Shown here: one piece after another, positions 26,780-39,759 of the stretch
Numbering within the stretch: position 1 is the stretch's first letter
How the letters are laid out: the number at the start of each line of letters is the position of its first letter
Origin: Schmidtea polychroa
Lineage: Eukaryota
Length of the DNA stretch: 64,000 bases
NCBI GenBank assembly: GCA_044892525.1
Contig: CM097888.1
Span: 78,616,001 to 78,680,000, forward strand
Reading direction: 5' to 3'
Program-made: the position numbers and the translations under genes
Notes under the pieces: generated by a model
Databases searched by the model: none
Told to the model about the DNA's origin: nothing
The model's input: only the letters and a program-made list of their open reading frames with translations

Positions 26780-27699
26780 TTAAAAATATGTACTACAAAT
26801 ATTGTTTATAAAATGAGTCGAAAAACATGTTGAAATAGTTAATATTTTTTAAATTGCGCGCGAAAAATAATTTTTAAAACAAAGATTCGAGATCTCTGAT
26901 ATGAATTACATATAAAACTAAAACATTGGTATTAATATCTGGCTCTATATATTAATCAAATGAGTTTATTTAAACAAATATTCATAATTGACGCAATAAG
27001 AATATACATTTAAACAAAGATTTGAAATCTCCATTCAAAACTACTATAGAAAGCTGAAAGTCCCATCAAAATATATAAATTATACGATGCACTGTCATAA
27101 ATAGAATCGTTGAAAATATTTCAAAGTCCGTCGGACATAGCCGAGTTGTTGAAAATTATCAATTGTTTTTACCTTTTCTTAATACCTGGGAGAACCAAGA
27201 AACTTTTCGAGGATTTTATTTCGGAATCTTCTTAGTTGAATCAAGACGCAACTTTTTTGTTAAGGATGTTTAGACTAAATATACATGGTTCCCAATGTTC
27301 CAAAAATTATTCCTTAAAAACGTGAAATTTATATCGAAAAGAAATCTTTTAGTTGATTTTTATATAATAAATAATCTGTGTCGACAAATAACAAATCTTT
27401 TTCGTGGACAATGTCTGGGAGAAATCTTAAATGTAAGAAAAGCACATCTGACTAAATTTTGCACTTTTCACTTTTTGCACTTTATACTTAAAAATCAATA
27501 TATGCACTATAACTCATCGATCAAACGCACAATAACTCATTAGCAGGGAGGGGGGTATATATGCGCGATAACTCATACTGATTCATGGGGCTCATATCTA
27601 CCTACTACTATAATTTTTTTGCATGCCGGAACAACGGGGCATTCTTGGCCGGATTATCAAGTGGTTGCTATGGTATCCAGTGAGGAGTGTGTGACTTAA

Positions 27700-27843
27700 G
27701 AAATATATAAATTTTTGCACATTTTGCACATTTTGCACTTTGCACACTTTGCACTTACTTTTTGAAAAGACATATTAATCTTTTCAATTGATCAACTTGT
27801 TTATATACTGTTGCACCGTTTTTGTTAAATATATCTGTTCGAA
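27700..27843 (-). repeat. Second, internally deleted Polinton fragment (TTTGCAC repeats joined to the ATPase 3' end)
   Basis: 27760-27843 is similar to 26121-26208; the TTTTGCAC repeats resemble 27457-27480. Confidence 0.7.
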
Positions 27844-27854
27844 CAGTTTAACTT

Positions 27855-28053
27855 TATAGTTTAACACTTAAATTAGCTATTTTATCGAAAACAAGTTTTA
27901 ACAAATATTTGCCAAATTTTTGTTTGAATTTTTATGTCAATTTTTTATCTTGTTGCATAAATTTTAAAAAATGTATGATTAAATTCAATAAAAATTTTAT
28001 TTAATATTTAAATATAGATGTTCGCTCCTAACTCAGTGGTTCCGATTTACACA
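27855..28053 (+). pseudogene. Duplicated ~200-bp 5' fragment of RBM25 copy 1 (upstream sequence plus the first ~12 codons)
   Basis: Near-identical to 30978-31178, including TAG|ATGTTCGCTCCTAACTC. Confidence 0.85.
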
Positions 28054-28099
28054 AGTATCTACAAAAAATTTATAATTGAACAATGTGCTCTTTGATATC

Positions 28100-28800
28100 A
28101 AGATTATGAAATTTATTTTCAAATATTGGGACAAACTCCAAAAGATTAATATTGGATGTTGAATTGAGTTCAACTGAAATTGAAGCTAAGGTTGTCTCAA
28201 CAATAGCACTCAGCCATCCACAAAAGTGACCTTTACTTCAGGATAGCTATTTTTCGGACGATCCTTGGGTTCAAAGTCTACCGTTGAAAGATTTATTTCT
28301 GATTTCCGACTTATCAACCACATCTTATTAACACTTTATATTCTACTACTCATAAAGGTGGAGTTTGCTTATCCTGTGACTATTCATCGCTATCTCAAAA
28401 ATTGACACATCAATTAGCAAAAGATTGAATTAACTTACTCCATCAAATAATGTTATGATATTTGCAAAACTTTCCAATAAATGGGAAATCATATTCATAT
28501 GTTCACACTTATTTACACCATCGTTCATAATATTGGCACGGATTTGTGTCCGTTCCGAATTTGTTGAAGTCTGAATTCTGTGTTATAATTTGCATGTTTA
28601 TGCGCTATTCTTGATTATATGTGTTCGACCTTACCTGACTTGCATTTATTCTTACTCCATCGTGATAGCGGGCCGATGCAAGTGGGACGATTCCGGCTGC
28701 TACAAATACTGAAGGATCTTATTTTCAAAACGAAGTTTCAACTATTTTGCTTTGCACTGGAACTCATCCCGTTTTTATCTTACTTAACAAAGGTTGTCAT
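28100..28800 (-). pseudogene. Decayed retroelement-like coding remnant (possibly gag/protease)
   Basis: Higher GC and a protease-like LLIDVSIFEIAM segment; many stops. Confidence 0.25.
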
Positions 28801-28975
28801 GAAAGCTGGAGATTAATTTTTCCATTAAATTAAAATATGAACATATAAAAATGTACAGATATTTTTATGTCTTGTTGGCATTTTGGGGAAGAAAAGATAA
28901 CATCAAAAAGTTAGGTCAATAGTCTACACGGGGACATATACCTTCAAATACACTCATTATTATTTCAATTAAAAT

Positions 28976-29112
28976 ATGTGTACCCATGGTATTGTCCATG
29001 TTGGTAATGTACACAATGGTCGAGAGTCAATGAGCAGGTGAGCTCTATAACTAGAACTACTCTCCATTCTACTCTTTATTATAGTTCAGAACTGCTGATA
29101 GAAGGGCTTACA
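28976..29112 (-). ncRNA. Structured repeat, copy D of an unclassified family (possibly an LTR core)
   Basis: TGTAAGCCCTTCTATCAGCAGT...TAGAGCTCACCTGCTCATTG...TGTGTAC-ATTACCAA-CATGG(ACAATA)CCATG-G-GTACACA; homologous to 41969-42115. Confidence 0.55.
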
Positions 29113-29289
29113 TCAATAAGAAACTATCTAATAATGATGTAGTGATTAAGTAGAGTTTCCGGTATTTTAATCAAAGTGAAGTTCCTAATTACTCAATGTA
29201 CAACTACTTAATGTACAATAACTTAAGAAATTTCATAATATGCCTAAAGTTAGTTGTCATTCAACAAACAGACGTACAATAATTGGTAT

Positions 29290-30050
29290 TTAAGATAGAG
29301 AACCCAAAGAACAATATTTTAATTCAAATAGCTAAATATACAATACAAATCAATGTATATGTCAAAATTCTAAAGAAATTTGCATCGGGCTCAGCCAAAC
29401 GCTCCTTTAGGTCGAACAGAGTGTTATTTACTTTCATTATGAAGACTATATTATCGATATTGAGATCCAATTCGGGTGAAATTTCCCTAGGCATGCATCT
29501 GACTCAAGACAGCCACCTTCTTTGCTCTTTGTTTAGCGTTTCTAACCCCCTCCTCTTCTGGTTACGTTTTGGTTTTACTATTGGGGAATTTGCGTTGGGA
29601 CTTACAGCGCACAAGTCAATCATCGGTGGATAAATCTTCGCTCTGGTAGATGGAGCGTGAGGCGATACGAAAGGAGAGATAGAAGATTGCTGATACTCAA
29701 CAAACAGGTTACTGCGCCTGATCAGCTCCGTGTCAACCAGATGGTGGGCCGGAATGAGGTTGGCCTATTCAATGCGGGTTAAAAGCTTTTGAATGTGGCT
29801 TTGTAGTTCCACCTTTGTATAGGCTTGTTACAGGGCATGCGTCTACTCCTGTATTAAGGTCAAAGATTTTCAATGTGGACTCTCGTCTGAATGGTTGTGA
29901 ACCAAACCCTTTCAAGTCGATCTACCGGCCGTCTAGAATTACAGATGGGAGTCAAGAGAGAGTAGAGCCCACTTGTCTGCTTGCACCCAGCCACTGTATA
30001 CAGCACCAACATGGTCAGTTGTCATGAGTATACAGATGGGGTTGGTTTCA
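29290..30050 (-). pseudogene. Orphan ORF remnant upstream of motif D, ending in a hydrophobic segment
   Basis: GC-richer, long near-open frames, e.g. ...LDLNIDNIVFIMK...LAEPDANFFRILTYTLICIVYLAI*. Confidence 0.4.
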
Positions 30051-31141
30051 ATAATAAAAGCCAAGAAAGATATGAGGAACAATGTGCGATTAGATGTGAG
30101 AGAAAATATGTGAATTTTGGTTTTAAAATTTTAAATCTAATATCATTAAAATTTAATTAAGGTTTGTCTGTTGAATTTTTTTACTTGAACTTAACAATTT
30201 ATTAGCATTTTAAAATTAATAAATACAGTATTTGCAGTTCTATTACAACTAACAATCTACTAACAGTAATAAATAATTTGTCTTGTTTTTAATTTAATAA
30301 TTTCGATAGTAAATTAAAAATTTTATTTTATTAAAATGCTTTGTTTATTTTATTTATAAACTTAAAAATTATTTTTCTATTTTTAATGTATTGAATTTTT
30401 AAGTAAAGTTTCATAATTAATATTGTTGATTATACATTAAAGTAAATCGTCATAGTAACAAATGAAATTATCGATAAGCTAAAATGTATGTTCATATATA
30501 AATAATGGTTCACAAAATGATAATTTATAAATAGCTAAAATATATATTTTAGACAAATTTTGATTAATTTTAATTACAAAATTAATAATAATTTCACAAT
30601 AAATTGTTTATGAAAGATTATTATTAAAATTTAGTCTTAACCTACTTTAAAAAGTTAAATATTGTAAGTTGTAATTTTAAAATGTAATTTAAAAGATTAG
30701 TTTTCTGCTATATCATTACTTTTATACGTTTTATAATTAATTTATTTTTAAATAAAGTTTTGAAATTTAATTTAATTTTAAGTTTTGTCTTTTATTCAAT
30801 TTTTATATATAAATTATATATAATTTTAATTGTTTTGATAAAAATTGTCACAACAATAAAAAAAATTGGTGAATTTGCAAGGTACCGCACCTGAATTAAT
30901 TTATTCGTTAAGAAAAGATCAATATTAAAGTTTTGGTATTATAATACTACTCTTTATTTTGAAGGAAATATGTGCAATATAGTTTAACACTTAAATTAGC
31001 TATTTTATCGAAAACAAGTTTTAACAAATATTTGCCAAATTTTTGTTTGAATTTTTATGTCAATTTTTGTATCTTGTTGCATTAATTTAAAAAAATGTAT
31101 GATTAAATTCAATAAAAATTTTATTTAATATTTAAATATAG

Positions 31142-34100
31142 ATGTTCGCTCCTAACTCTGTGGTTCCGATTTACACAAATGTTCCCCCACCAGTTATTTA
31201 TCCAGCTATTAGTAAATAAATATTTATTAATTAGTTTTATTCATTTTTAATAAATAGACAATTCCCCTGTAGTTGCATTGTTTATCAGCAACATATCTGA
31301 AAAAATCCCAGATCCAGCAATGAAAACTATTTTAGATGTAAAAAATATTTTATTTTATGTATATTATTTGAATGATTATGCTAGAAATGTGGAGAAATAT
31401 TGAACTGGAAGCGAGTTCAAGGAGCATCTGGTAAATTACAAGCTTTTGGTCTTTGTGAATATGAAAATCCAGAAGCTACATTGCGTTGTATTAGACTACT
31501 AAATGGATTGAAAATTGCTGATAAATCCCTGTTGGTATGTGATTGTATTTATTTTCCAGATCTATAAAACCCAATGAATTCAAGGTGAAAGTTGATCCGA
31601 AAACCGATGAACTATTAAAGGAGTATTTAATGAAAGTTAAAAAAACAATTGATGAAAAATACGAAAATTTATCCGAAGAAGAAAAGCAAGAAAAAATTAT
31701 ACAAATTGATACGAAAAGAAACAATGAAGATAAAGTTTGTTTGAGTGATGTTAAAAAAATTCTCGAAGACATCGGATTAGAATACAAATTAAATGAGATT
31801 GGTAAATGATTCTTTCTCTGGAATTTTATTATCGTCTGCCACTAGGAAACTCCGAAGCAAGTGAAGAGACGAAAAAACCCGAAAAAACTCCCGTTTGAAA
31901 ATTATCTCTCAAATAAACAATTGATTTTGATAATTTTAGACGAAGGAAGAAAGCAATACCAAAAAATCGATATCAAAAGAAATCGAGTCGATTAGGAATA
32001 AACGCAGGGTATGATTATTGATTTTTAGATTTCTGTTAAAATGTCGAATTTTGATTGGTGGAATTTTCCCCATTGATTTTCTATTTCACCCGAATTATTA
32101 TTAATTGCTATTTTAATCGGTTTACGATTGCTAATATTTTTTTAATTTGGTTTCAATTTAATTTAATCCTTTCTAATGGTTTTTGTTGTGAAAATAATTT
32201 GAAATTAAAATTATATAAATAAGATGCTCGGTCTCAATGGAGGTTAACTTTGGATACTGAAACAAATGGTCTGTCATTGAAATACCATTCAGAATGTGCT
32301 TATAATGATTTGTTTTTGATCTTTGCGGCTGTTACTCAGTCGGGGTGCATGTGAACCCCGATATTAATCCGTTGGACCCTGTCAACAATTTTGATTTGTA
32401 GCAATATCGGCTCTTATGGGAATTTTACGGTTTCTAATGACTTTGAGTTTGGTTAGAAATGGCCTTGAAAACGTAACCAATAACTATATTATTATAGGAT
32501 AAATTCATCGAAATATTATTTAATCATATACTATAATAATCCAATAATCTGCTAGCTCAAATTTGATATCTGTTTTACGCCGGCTAGTCGAATTATACCG
32601 AGACAATCTCAAACTAGGAACCTTAGGATCCCTAATATATTTATCAAAGGCCGTTTTCATCATTAATAAAAATAATTTTCAATGCCCATTTGTCATTAAC
32701 AATTCAACCAATTTATCAACAATTTTTACTGAATTTGCAAAAGTACAGTATAAAAACCAAGAATGATAAATCAATTCTTTCACAATTGAATTGAAAAGTT
32801 CTTTTCTAATTAACTAATTTTCCTCATGCCTATTGCAATTGGTACAATATGACAATAATATTTGCAACACTGAATATTAAAACAATTTGTGGAGTTATCA
32901 ATTTGATAACGTTTCAAGGCTCTTTTCTGTTTTGCCATTAAAACATCTTCATGAAATAATCACAACTATTATCTTTCTTAATTGTCACCTATCATTGATA
33001 TTCGGTACCGAATTATAATCCCAACTAGTTTATAAGACATTCCTGGATTTGGATATCAAACTTTTGCATGTATTAGGAAACCTTAAATTTGGTCAATTCA
33101 ATCTTTTTCACTCATTTAGCTTCTTGCATTCAATGAAATAATTTTCGTATTGACACAAACTGAATTAATGTTAAACCAAACGAAGAATAAAAATATAGTA
33201 TAATTATCGATTAAATGTATAATTATTTGAAAATTAATATATTTAAAATGGGTCTCGTCGTAAATGTTCTAGAATAGCGATACTGACGACGACGGTCACC
33301 GTTCAAAAAAATTGAAGAAAAATGAAAGAGATAGGCGTAGTAAAGACAAGCATGAATCCCGTCGACATCGGAGTAAATCACGATCTAAACCAGGTAATCG
33401 TACAAAAACTGATGACAGGCGAAAAAGACATTCGAGTATGATATTTTTAAAGGGAAATTTTCGAATTAACGTTTAAAAAGAAAGTCCTGCTAAAAACCAA
33501 CGTTCCAATTCTAAAGACTCTCATAAAAGTTTAAAAGTCAACAAAACTTCTGAAAAAGAACTAGATGAATACGAAGCAGCTGTATTTTTATCATTTCAAT
33601 GGTTTTTAAAATTGATTTTGAAATAAAGGTTTTCAAGAGATTAGAGAAAAAATTACGAGATAAAGAAGCCTCTTATCAAAAAAGACTTCAAGCTTGGGAG
33701 TTAAGAGAAAAGAGACAGACAAAAGATTATTTAATCGAGGAAGAACGAGAAAAATCTAAGAAAAATGATCTTTCCGACGAAGCAAAAAAATTGCAAATAT
33801 TCTTTGAAGAATATGATGATGAAGTATCGGATGCTAAATACTACATGTAATAATCTTCTGTACATTTCGATTTTCCCCAACGTACATTTTTAGGAATTCT
33901 GAACTCGAACGACGATGGGCTGCTAGACAAACTGAAGAATCGACTGACGCAAAAGACAGATCGAAGGAAATAGAACAAATTGAAAATACTCGCCGTCGTT
34001 TACTCAAAGAAAACAATCCTGACGTCGAGGAAGTCATTTTAAAAATGGAGCAATCGATGCAAGAACATTTGAAAAAACGATTGATTGACAACATTGACGA

Positions 34101-34955
34101 AACTTTAGTTCCAATTAAATTCGAAAAAGAAAATGTGCCCAATGATATTAGTAAATTGGAAAAGCGAGAGGCAATTCCATTGGAGGATGACATAAACGAA
34201 CATGACCTGTTGAACAATAATGTTGTAGATAAACTGGCTGTTGTTGTTGTTGATGATGGAGCAGAAAAGGCGTGTGACAGTGATTTGAAGCCCTTGGAAA
34301 TTCAGAATAATTCCAATTGCCCTACCGATGCTATCAAGTCTGTTGATGCCGAGACCAGTAAACATGGGAGCCATGAACAATTATTGCTGCCATGTGATGA
34401 GAAAAAGCTACCAGAAGATGAAAGCAATCCAAACGACAGCAACTCAAATCCATTGAGCACTCCTGATAAAATCGATAGAAAAGTTATGATGAAGAAAATA
34501 ATCGATGCTATTCCAACATCGAAAGAGGAGCTGTTTTCCTATAAAATCGAATGGGACATGATTGATGAGGTGATTTGGAGTTTTTTGTTGTTGATGATTT
34601 TTAACTCGCCACTTTTCGTTACACAATCGATTTTAGAATTTTGTCGAAATGAGCATGAAGCCTTGGATTAATAAAAAGATCATCGAGTATATCGGAGAGG
34701 ACGAACCGACATTGTCGAAATTTATCTGCGATCAAGTATTGGAGCATAAAACTCCCGATCAAATACTTGACGATATTTCAATGGTAAATCAATATTGTCC
34801 AAATAATAAAAGTTCATTTATTCTACATTTTATGGTAATATTTTTCTCAGGTGCTGGAAGAAGAGGCGGAAATATTTGTCATGAAAATGTGGCGTTTGTT
34901 GATCTATGTTATTGAGGAGAAAAAAATCGGCTTGGTAAAATGTAATTTCTCGTGA
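31142..34955 (+). CDS. RBM25: RNA-binding motif protein 25 paralog 1 (RRM, RE/RS-rich region, PWI domain)
   Basis: WKRVQGASGKLQAFGLCEYENPEATLRCIRLL; KPWINKKIIEYIGEDEPTL; VLEEEAEIFVMKMWRLLIY; short GT-AG introns. Confidence 0.9.
32300..33148 (-). mobile_element. Decayed non-LTR retrotransposon (CR1/L2/Jockey-like) AP-endonuclease fragment in an RBM25 intron
   Basis: KIISLNARS*MSEKD*IDQI*GFLIHAK / FDIQIQECL resembles the APE N-terminal NARS...DI..I.E motifs. Confidence 0.55.
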
Positions 34956-35334
34956 ATTTTCTACCGAAAAATTGAAGAATGCTCACAAGTCAAATGATTA
35001 TTTCATGTTGTATAAAATATATTACTTAGTGAATTGTTTTTTTTTTCTTTTTTAATTGATTTTGTAACAAATAATTATTTAGAATTCAAAATTTTTTTGT
35101 AAAAAATATTATATTGATTTTTAATGAGAAATTTGTGATTTATTGCAGCGTGTTTTTCGTTACGATCATGAAGTTGGTAACGACTGATTTTTAATGTTTC
35201 TTGTTTCAAATAATAATTTTATCAGGCCCCTACTATGTTATGCCGGTTAGTAATGGGAATTTCAATTGGTTGTTAATTTCACTGTTTCATGATGGAAGTA
35301 TTGAACAAGTTATTCATTAATAACACACGTTCTA

Positions 35335-35752
35335 CTATGGGAAACAATTTTTATCAAATTCCGGCTCGAACTCCTTGTCATCCGGCCGGACTTGCTCTCG
35401 TTTTCTTGGTTTGCCATACTTTGCCGTCCGATTTGACGGAATGATTGCTCCTCATACATTACCGCTTCGTGCCACGGTTGGAAGTGGTTCCATAGAGACC
35501 AGCTGCCCTACCACTACTTCGTCTACTGTTCACTGATTTATTTGACGTCCTAAGCTCCACCTGGTCTTGGGTACTCTGCTCCTGCAGCTGTAGGATATGT
35601 TGCAGACGTCACATCATATTCGCTGGGCGGAACTATGTGTGTTTCATCTCACGGCACTGGTACTTACGTTTATCGACGTGGCACTGTAGTTTCTAGACAG
35701 CCCACTGAGCTGCTTCCCTGCATGCTCTCAGGCTTTCCATCAGTCGTAACAC
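35335..35752 (-). pseudogene. Decayed orphan coiled-coil ORF, homolog of 40457-41056
   Basis: FRPANMM*RLQHILQLQEQSTQDQVELR aligns with FPPAEMQKRLKLISQLQLQSAQDQVELR. Confidence 0.65.
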
Positions 35753-35959
35753 TGAAATAAACGCAATTGAATAAAACAGTAATGATAACAAAATTTTTAA
35801 CAATCGCGGAAATGAAACTATATTGTTTAATTTTTTCCGACATCTGAAAGGCCCCTCTATATTTATCTTTAACCCGCTTTAATCGCTGGGGTTGGTCGTC
35901 ATGTGTTGGACACCATCTTTTCACATCGCAATTGAGTTAGTATTTCTAAAAACAATTAC

Positions 35960-37700
35960 AAAATTTTACTAGATACTGGAGCTAAGATAAGTGTATTCAA
36001 CGAGATTTATTAGAGAAGTACCAGTTAACAAAGAGCAGTATAAGTTAAGTGTGCAAGGGATAACCCACTAAAAATAAAAGGTGCAGTTACACTTAATATC
36101 AAAATTAAAGTAATAAAAATATTGCATTTTATGTTGCTGAAGAAATTTCTCCTAAATTAATTGGTAGAATGAACTTTTTAGAATAATTTGGAATTATATA
36201 GATAATAAGAATATAGAGAGTACAAGGATGAATGTATAAATTTAATAGATAAAGTGGTGAAATTTGAATGCTGTGATAAAAACATAACTAATTTAGTTAG
36301 AAAATACAATAAAATATTTATGAGACATAAATGGACTATTAGGAAAACTGATATTATCAAACATGAAATTATTACCTCCGGCAAATCAATAGTTAAATAT
36401 TGATTTTCTATCAAAGACGACAACCAGAGAAAATAGATGATCAAATTAAAAACTTAGTAAAATATGGAATAGTTAAGGAATATGATTCACATTGGAATAC
36501 TCCGAAGAATACTTGTCTCAGTGAAAAAAGAGAGGTGCTGATGAAATCAGGATATGTTTAGATTTTCGTGAACTTAACAGTGTAGCTGAGAGGCCGATTT
36601 TCCCAATGCCTAATACAAATGAATTATTAGATGTGTTAAATGGATCAAAGTTTTTCTCCAATATTGATTTAGGAAAAGCATACTATTATGTAAAATTAAA
36701 AGAAGATTCCAAATTGAAATAGCTCTTTCAACCAGATCTAAACAGTATTGTTTTAATAGAAAGCCTTTTGGGATTGCAGCAGCTCCGGCGAAAATATCAA
36801 AAATTAATGAATAAAGTGTTGGGAGAACTTAATTGGATAAATATCTAGATCAGAGCTTCTCAAACTTTTTTTACTTAGCGACCTCATTAACCCTAGCAAA
36901 TATTCTGCCGATGAAAATAGTAATATAAAATAAAATCTTTATTATATTCAAAGAATATTTTATTTTGAAGCCAACCTAATGTTTTTTTAGTTACAATCTT
37001 CCGTTTTCTTGAAATTTCTACGACCCCATCGTGGGTCGCGACCCACACTTTGAGAACCACTGATCTAGATGATATATTAATTTTTTCGAAAACGTTAGAG
37101 GAATATTACAAATCAATTGAAAAAGTATTTAAGATAGTTTAGGAACCAGGTTTAACGATAAATTTGTCAAAATATCAATTCTTAAAACATGAAGTTAGGT
37201 TTATAGGTCATAAAATAATTGAAGATGGCATTAAAACTAATCCGGAAAAAGTACAAGCAATAAAAGAATTTGATCAGGCAAAATGTATTAAAAAATTACA
37301 GGGTTTTTAGGGGCTAGGAAATTACTACCGAAAAAAACATGCCAAGACATTAGATAGCTGGGTGGAAGTAATAAAAATAAATTGATATGGACTCAAGAAT
37401 GTGAGAATAATTTTCAACAGTTAAAAAATAAATTATGTTCAGCACCAATTTTAGTATATACAGATTTCAAACAGCCATTTATATTAGACACATAAACTTG
37501 TTATGATCGATTTGGGTAAGTTCTTTCATAATTTCACGATGATGGCAATGAGAGAGTTATCTCTTATGGATCACATTCTATGAGTAAATATGAACTTGTT
37601 AAGAATTGATAGTAATTTATTATTTTACCAATCACTTTAAACATTATTTATAAGGAAAAGATTTAAATTGAGACCATTAAAAACCAAAAAACCTTTAACA
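35960..37700 (+). mobile_element. Ty3/Gypsy pol remnant (RT and RNase H), decayed
   Basis: IRICLDFRELN, FPMPNTNELLD, FFSNIDL, KPFGIAAAP, YLDDILIFS, FIGHKI, QGFLGLGNYYR, RVISYGS motifs with stops and frameshifts. Confidence 0.92.
36851..37062. mobile_element. hAT MITE inserted into the Gypsy RT YLDD codons
   Basis: TIRs CAGAGCTTCTCAAA / TTTGAGAACCACTG; perfect 8-bp TSD ATCTAGAT (36843-36850, 37063-37070). Confidence 0.9.
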
Positions 37701-38429
37701 CCTCAATTTCAGACATGTGTTTGACTGTAACCGAGAACTGAGAGTTTGTTTTAATGAATCGAAAATATATAACACAAAACCGCAAAGTTGAAAAAATTTA
37801 TGATCAAGGTTTAATATAAAATAAATAAAATAAATTACATAACACATTAGGAATCAATAAACCCCGTATAATAGAATAAAGAGATAAATAAATTTAACAA
37901 AAAAAATTGAAACTTAAAATTTCAATAGAAAAAATATAAAATGTAAAATAGAATTAGTTGAAAATTACTTAAACTATATAAAATTAAATCGTCAAAATAA
38001 TAAAATTAGTTAACATTATGTAAATTGTAAAGTTTATAGAATAAAATGATTGGAATTATGTAACTTATGAAATTTAAAGAATAAAAGCGTTTAAATTAAT
38101 AAAAATTAACCAAAATTATTTAAATTATAAAATTTATAAAATTAAATTATTAAAATTAATAAAAAGTCAAATAATTAATTCATTAAACTAATTAAATTAA
38201 AAATAAATAATTACACACAATCATGCATTCATGCAAAAGTAATTCCAATTTACTGCATTTTGATTGGATATAGTGGCAGAGAATGCATGTATGCACAGTC
38301 AAAATCAGTATAAATACTGATTGCAAATTCAGTTGCACGCACATTTTTAGACAGTGAAAACATTCAGCTCTCAGTTTTCAGTTTATGCAATTGCGGTAAG
38401 TTGAATTGAAATTTGATAACTTTATGTAG

Positions 38430-38677
38430 TGTTGGGCTAGAACTGATATCTAGACCCAAAACATTAATTTGTGACTAAAAGGTGTTGGTACATGCTCTCT
38501 TGTAAACGAACCAATCACCATCGACCATAACCAAGAGAGCCACGATCATAATATATTGCCTACAACACTCATAGAAATCTAACTCCGTTACTCTCAGAAG
38601 TGGACTCACGCAGGTTATCGAGGGCAAAGGACCCTCTCCCAGAAACGACAACCGGGACTAAGATATATGCCCTTACA
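38430..38677 (-). repeat. Probable solo LTR (TGTAAG...CCCAACA, 248 bp)
   Basis: TG...CA ends on the - strand; its end matches 48984-48997 and, more loosely, 37718-37731; no convincing TSD. Confidence 0.45.
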
Positions 38678-39759
38678 TGTCATCGGCGAGAAATTTGTGG
38701 TAATCATCATTGCATATTAATTTATCAGATAGCAAACCAGTTAAATCTAAACGAAGCGATTAATAAATTTCAGTAGCAACTATTTCAAATTTTACATAAT
38801 AAAAATAATTATTTAATTACATACAATAAAAAGAAAATTATCAAAATCATAAACTTTATTTATCCTTGAGTGTATGATCATATCAACTAGCCATAGGTCT
38901 TACTGGCAGATGTGGGTATAGGAATGAAAGACGGGCATATCTGAATCCCCTTTTAGGTCAAATCCGCTATCTAAATTCCACTATATCCATAAGCGAAGGC
39001 TCAAATTTGTGACGGTCAGAACTTCCAGTAGGTGTAATGTCATATAATAAGTTACCATGATGTAGGCGACAATACCTCGAATACATTACCTGACAAAGAT
39101 TTAAATCTAAAACGGAGTGTTTGGAGATCCATTTCTGAAATTAGACAAAATTCAAAAATTAACTTACCCATCAAATTTCAATCGACGAGGAAGCCACATA
39201 CAACCACTACGGTTAAGGATTGCTAGGAACCTAATACAACCTAAGGCCCGTAGCAATACACCTCCCCATAGTGGATCCTAGTAGCATAGATTATGATAAA
39301 TAATGTTTTCTAAATAAATTTTTTTTTTAAAAATAATGTTTATATAGTAAAGTAACAAGTTAAACTTTTGAATAAGTTAAACAAGAGTCATTGGAATATG
39401 CAATAAGTTTAATTTGCGAAATTTTAATTTTTCTATTCTTACTTTATCCACTCTTAATTCGTTAAAGCTAAATTTATTAAATCCTTAATTTAATTACACG
39501 AACTTAATTAATTTAGTAATTTGTAACTTATTAATCTTTAATTTAGTAATCTCAGACCAATCTTTTAAGTTAAATCGAAAAATCAAATAAGGAAATTGAT
39601 TAGTAAATTAAATCCACTTTAAATACTAAAAACCATTGTCTGATGGATGGAATGCGTAGCATGCTCGAATTTTAATATAACTGTGTGCGTCAACGTCCAG
39701 GGGTAACCGAACCTAGATGGATGAACAAAATTCGATTTAATATTTCTCTTATCATCACA

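Larger units (their letters stand above)
25156..27608 (-). mobile_element. Truncated Polinton/Maverick (adintovirus-like) element
   Basis: Co-oriented packaging ATPase, a GGF-motif small ORF and a Polinton-type integrase; candidate terminus ...CCTACTACT (5'-AGTAGTAG on the - strand) near 27608; no pPolB, capsid or protease seen. Confidence 0.85.

Noticed and set aside
27610-27690. snRNA or SL-RNA-like segment (AATTTTTTTTG followed by a GC-rich hairpin)
   Set aside because: Single short hairpin next to a Polinton end; no leader/donor or other snRNA features
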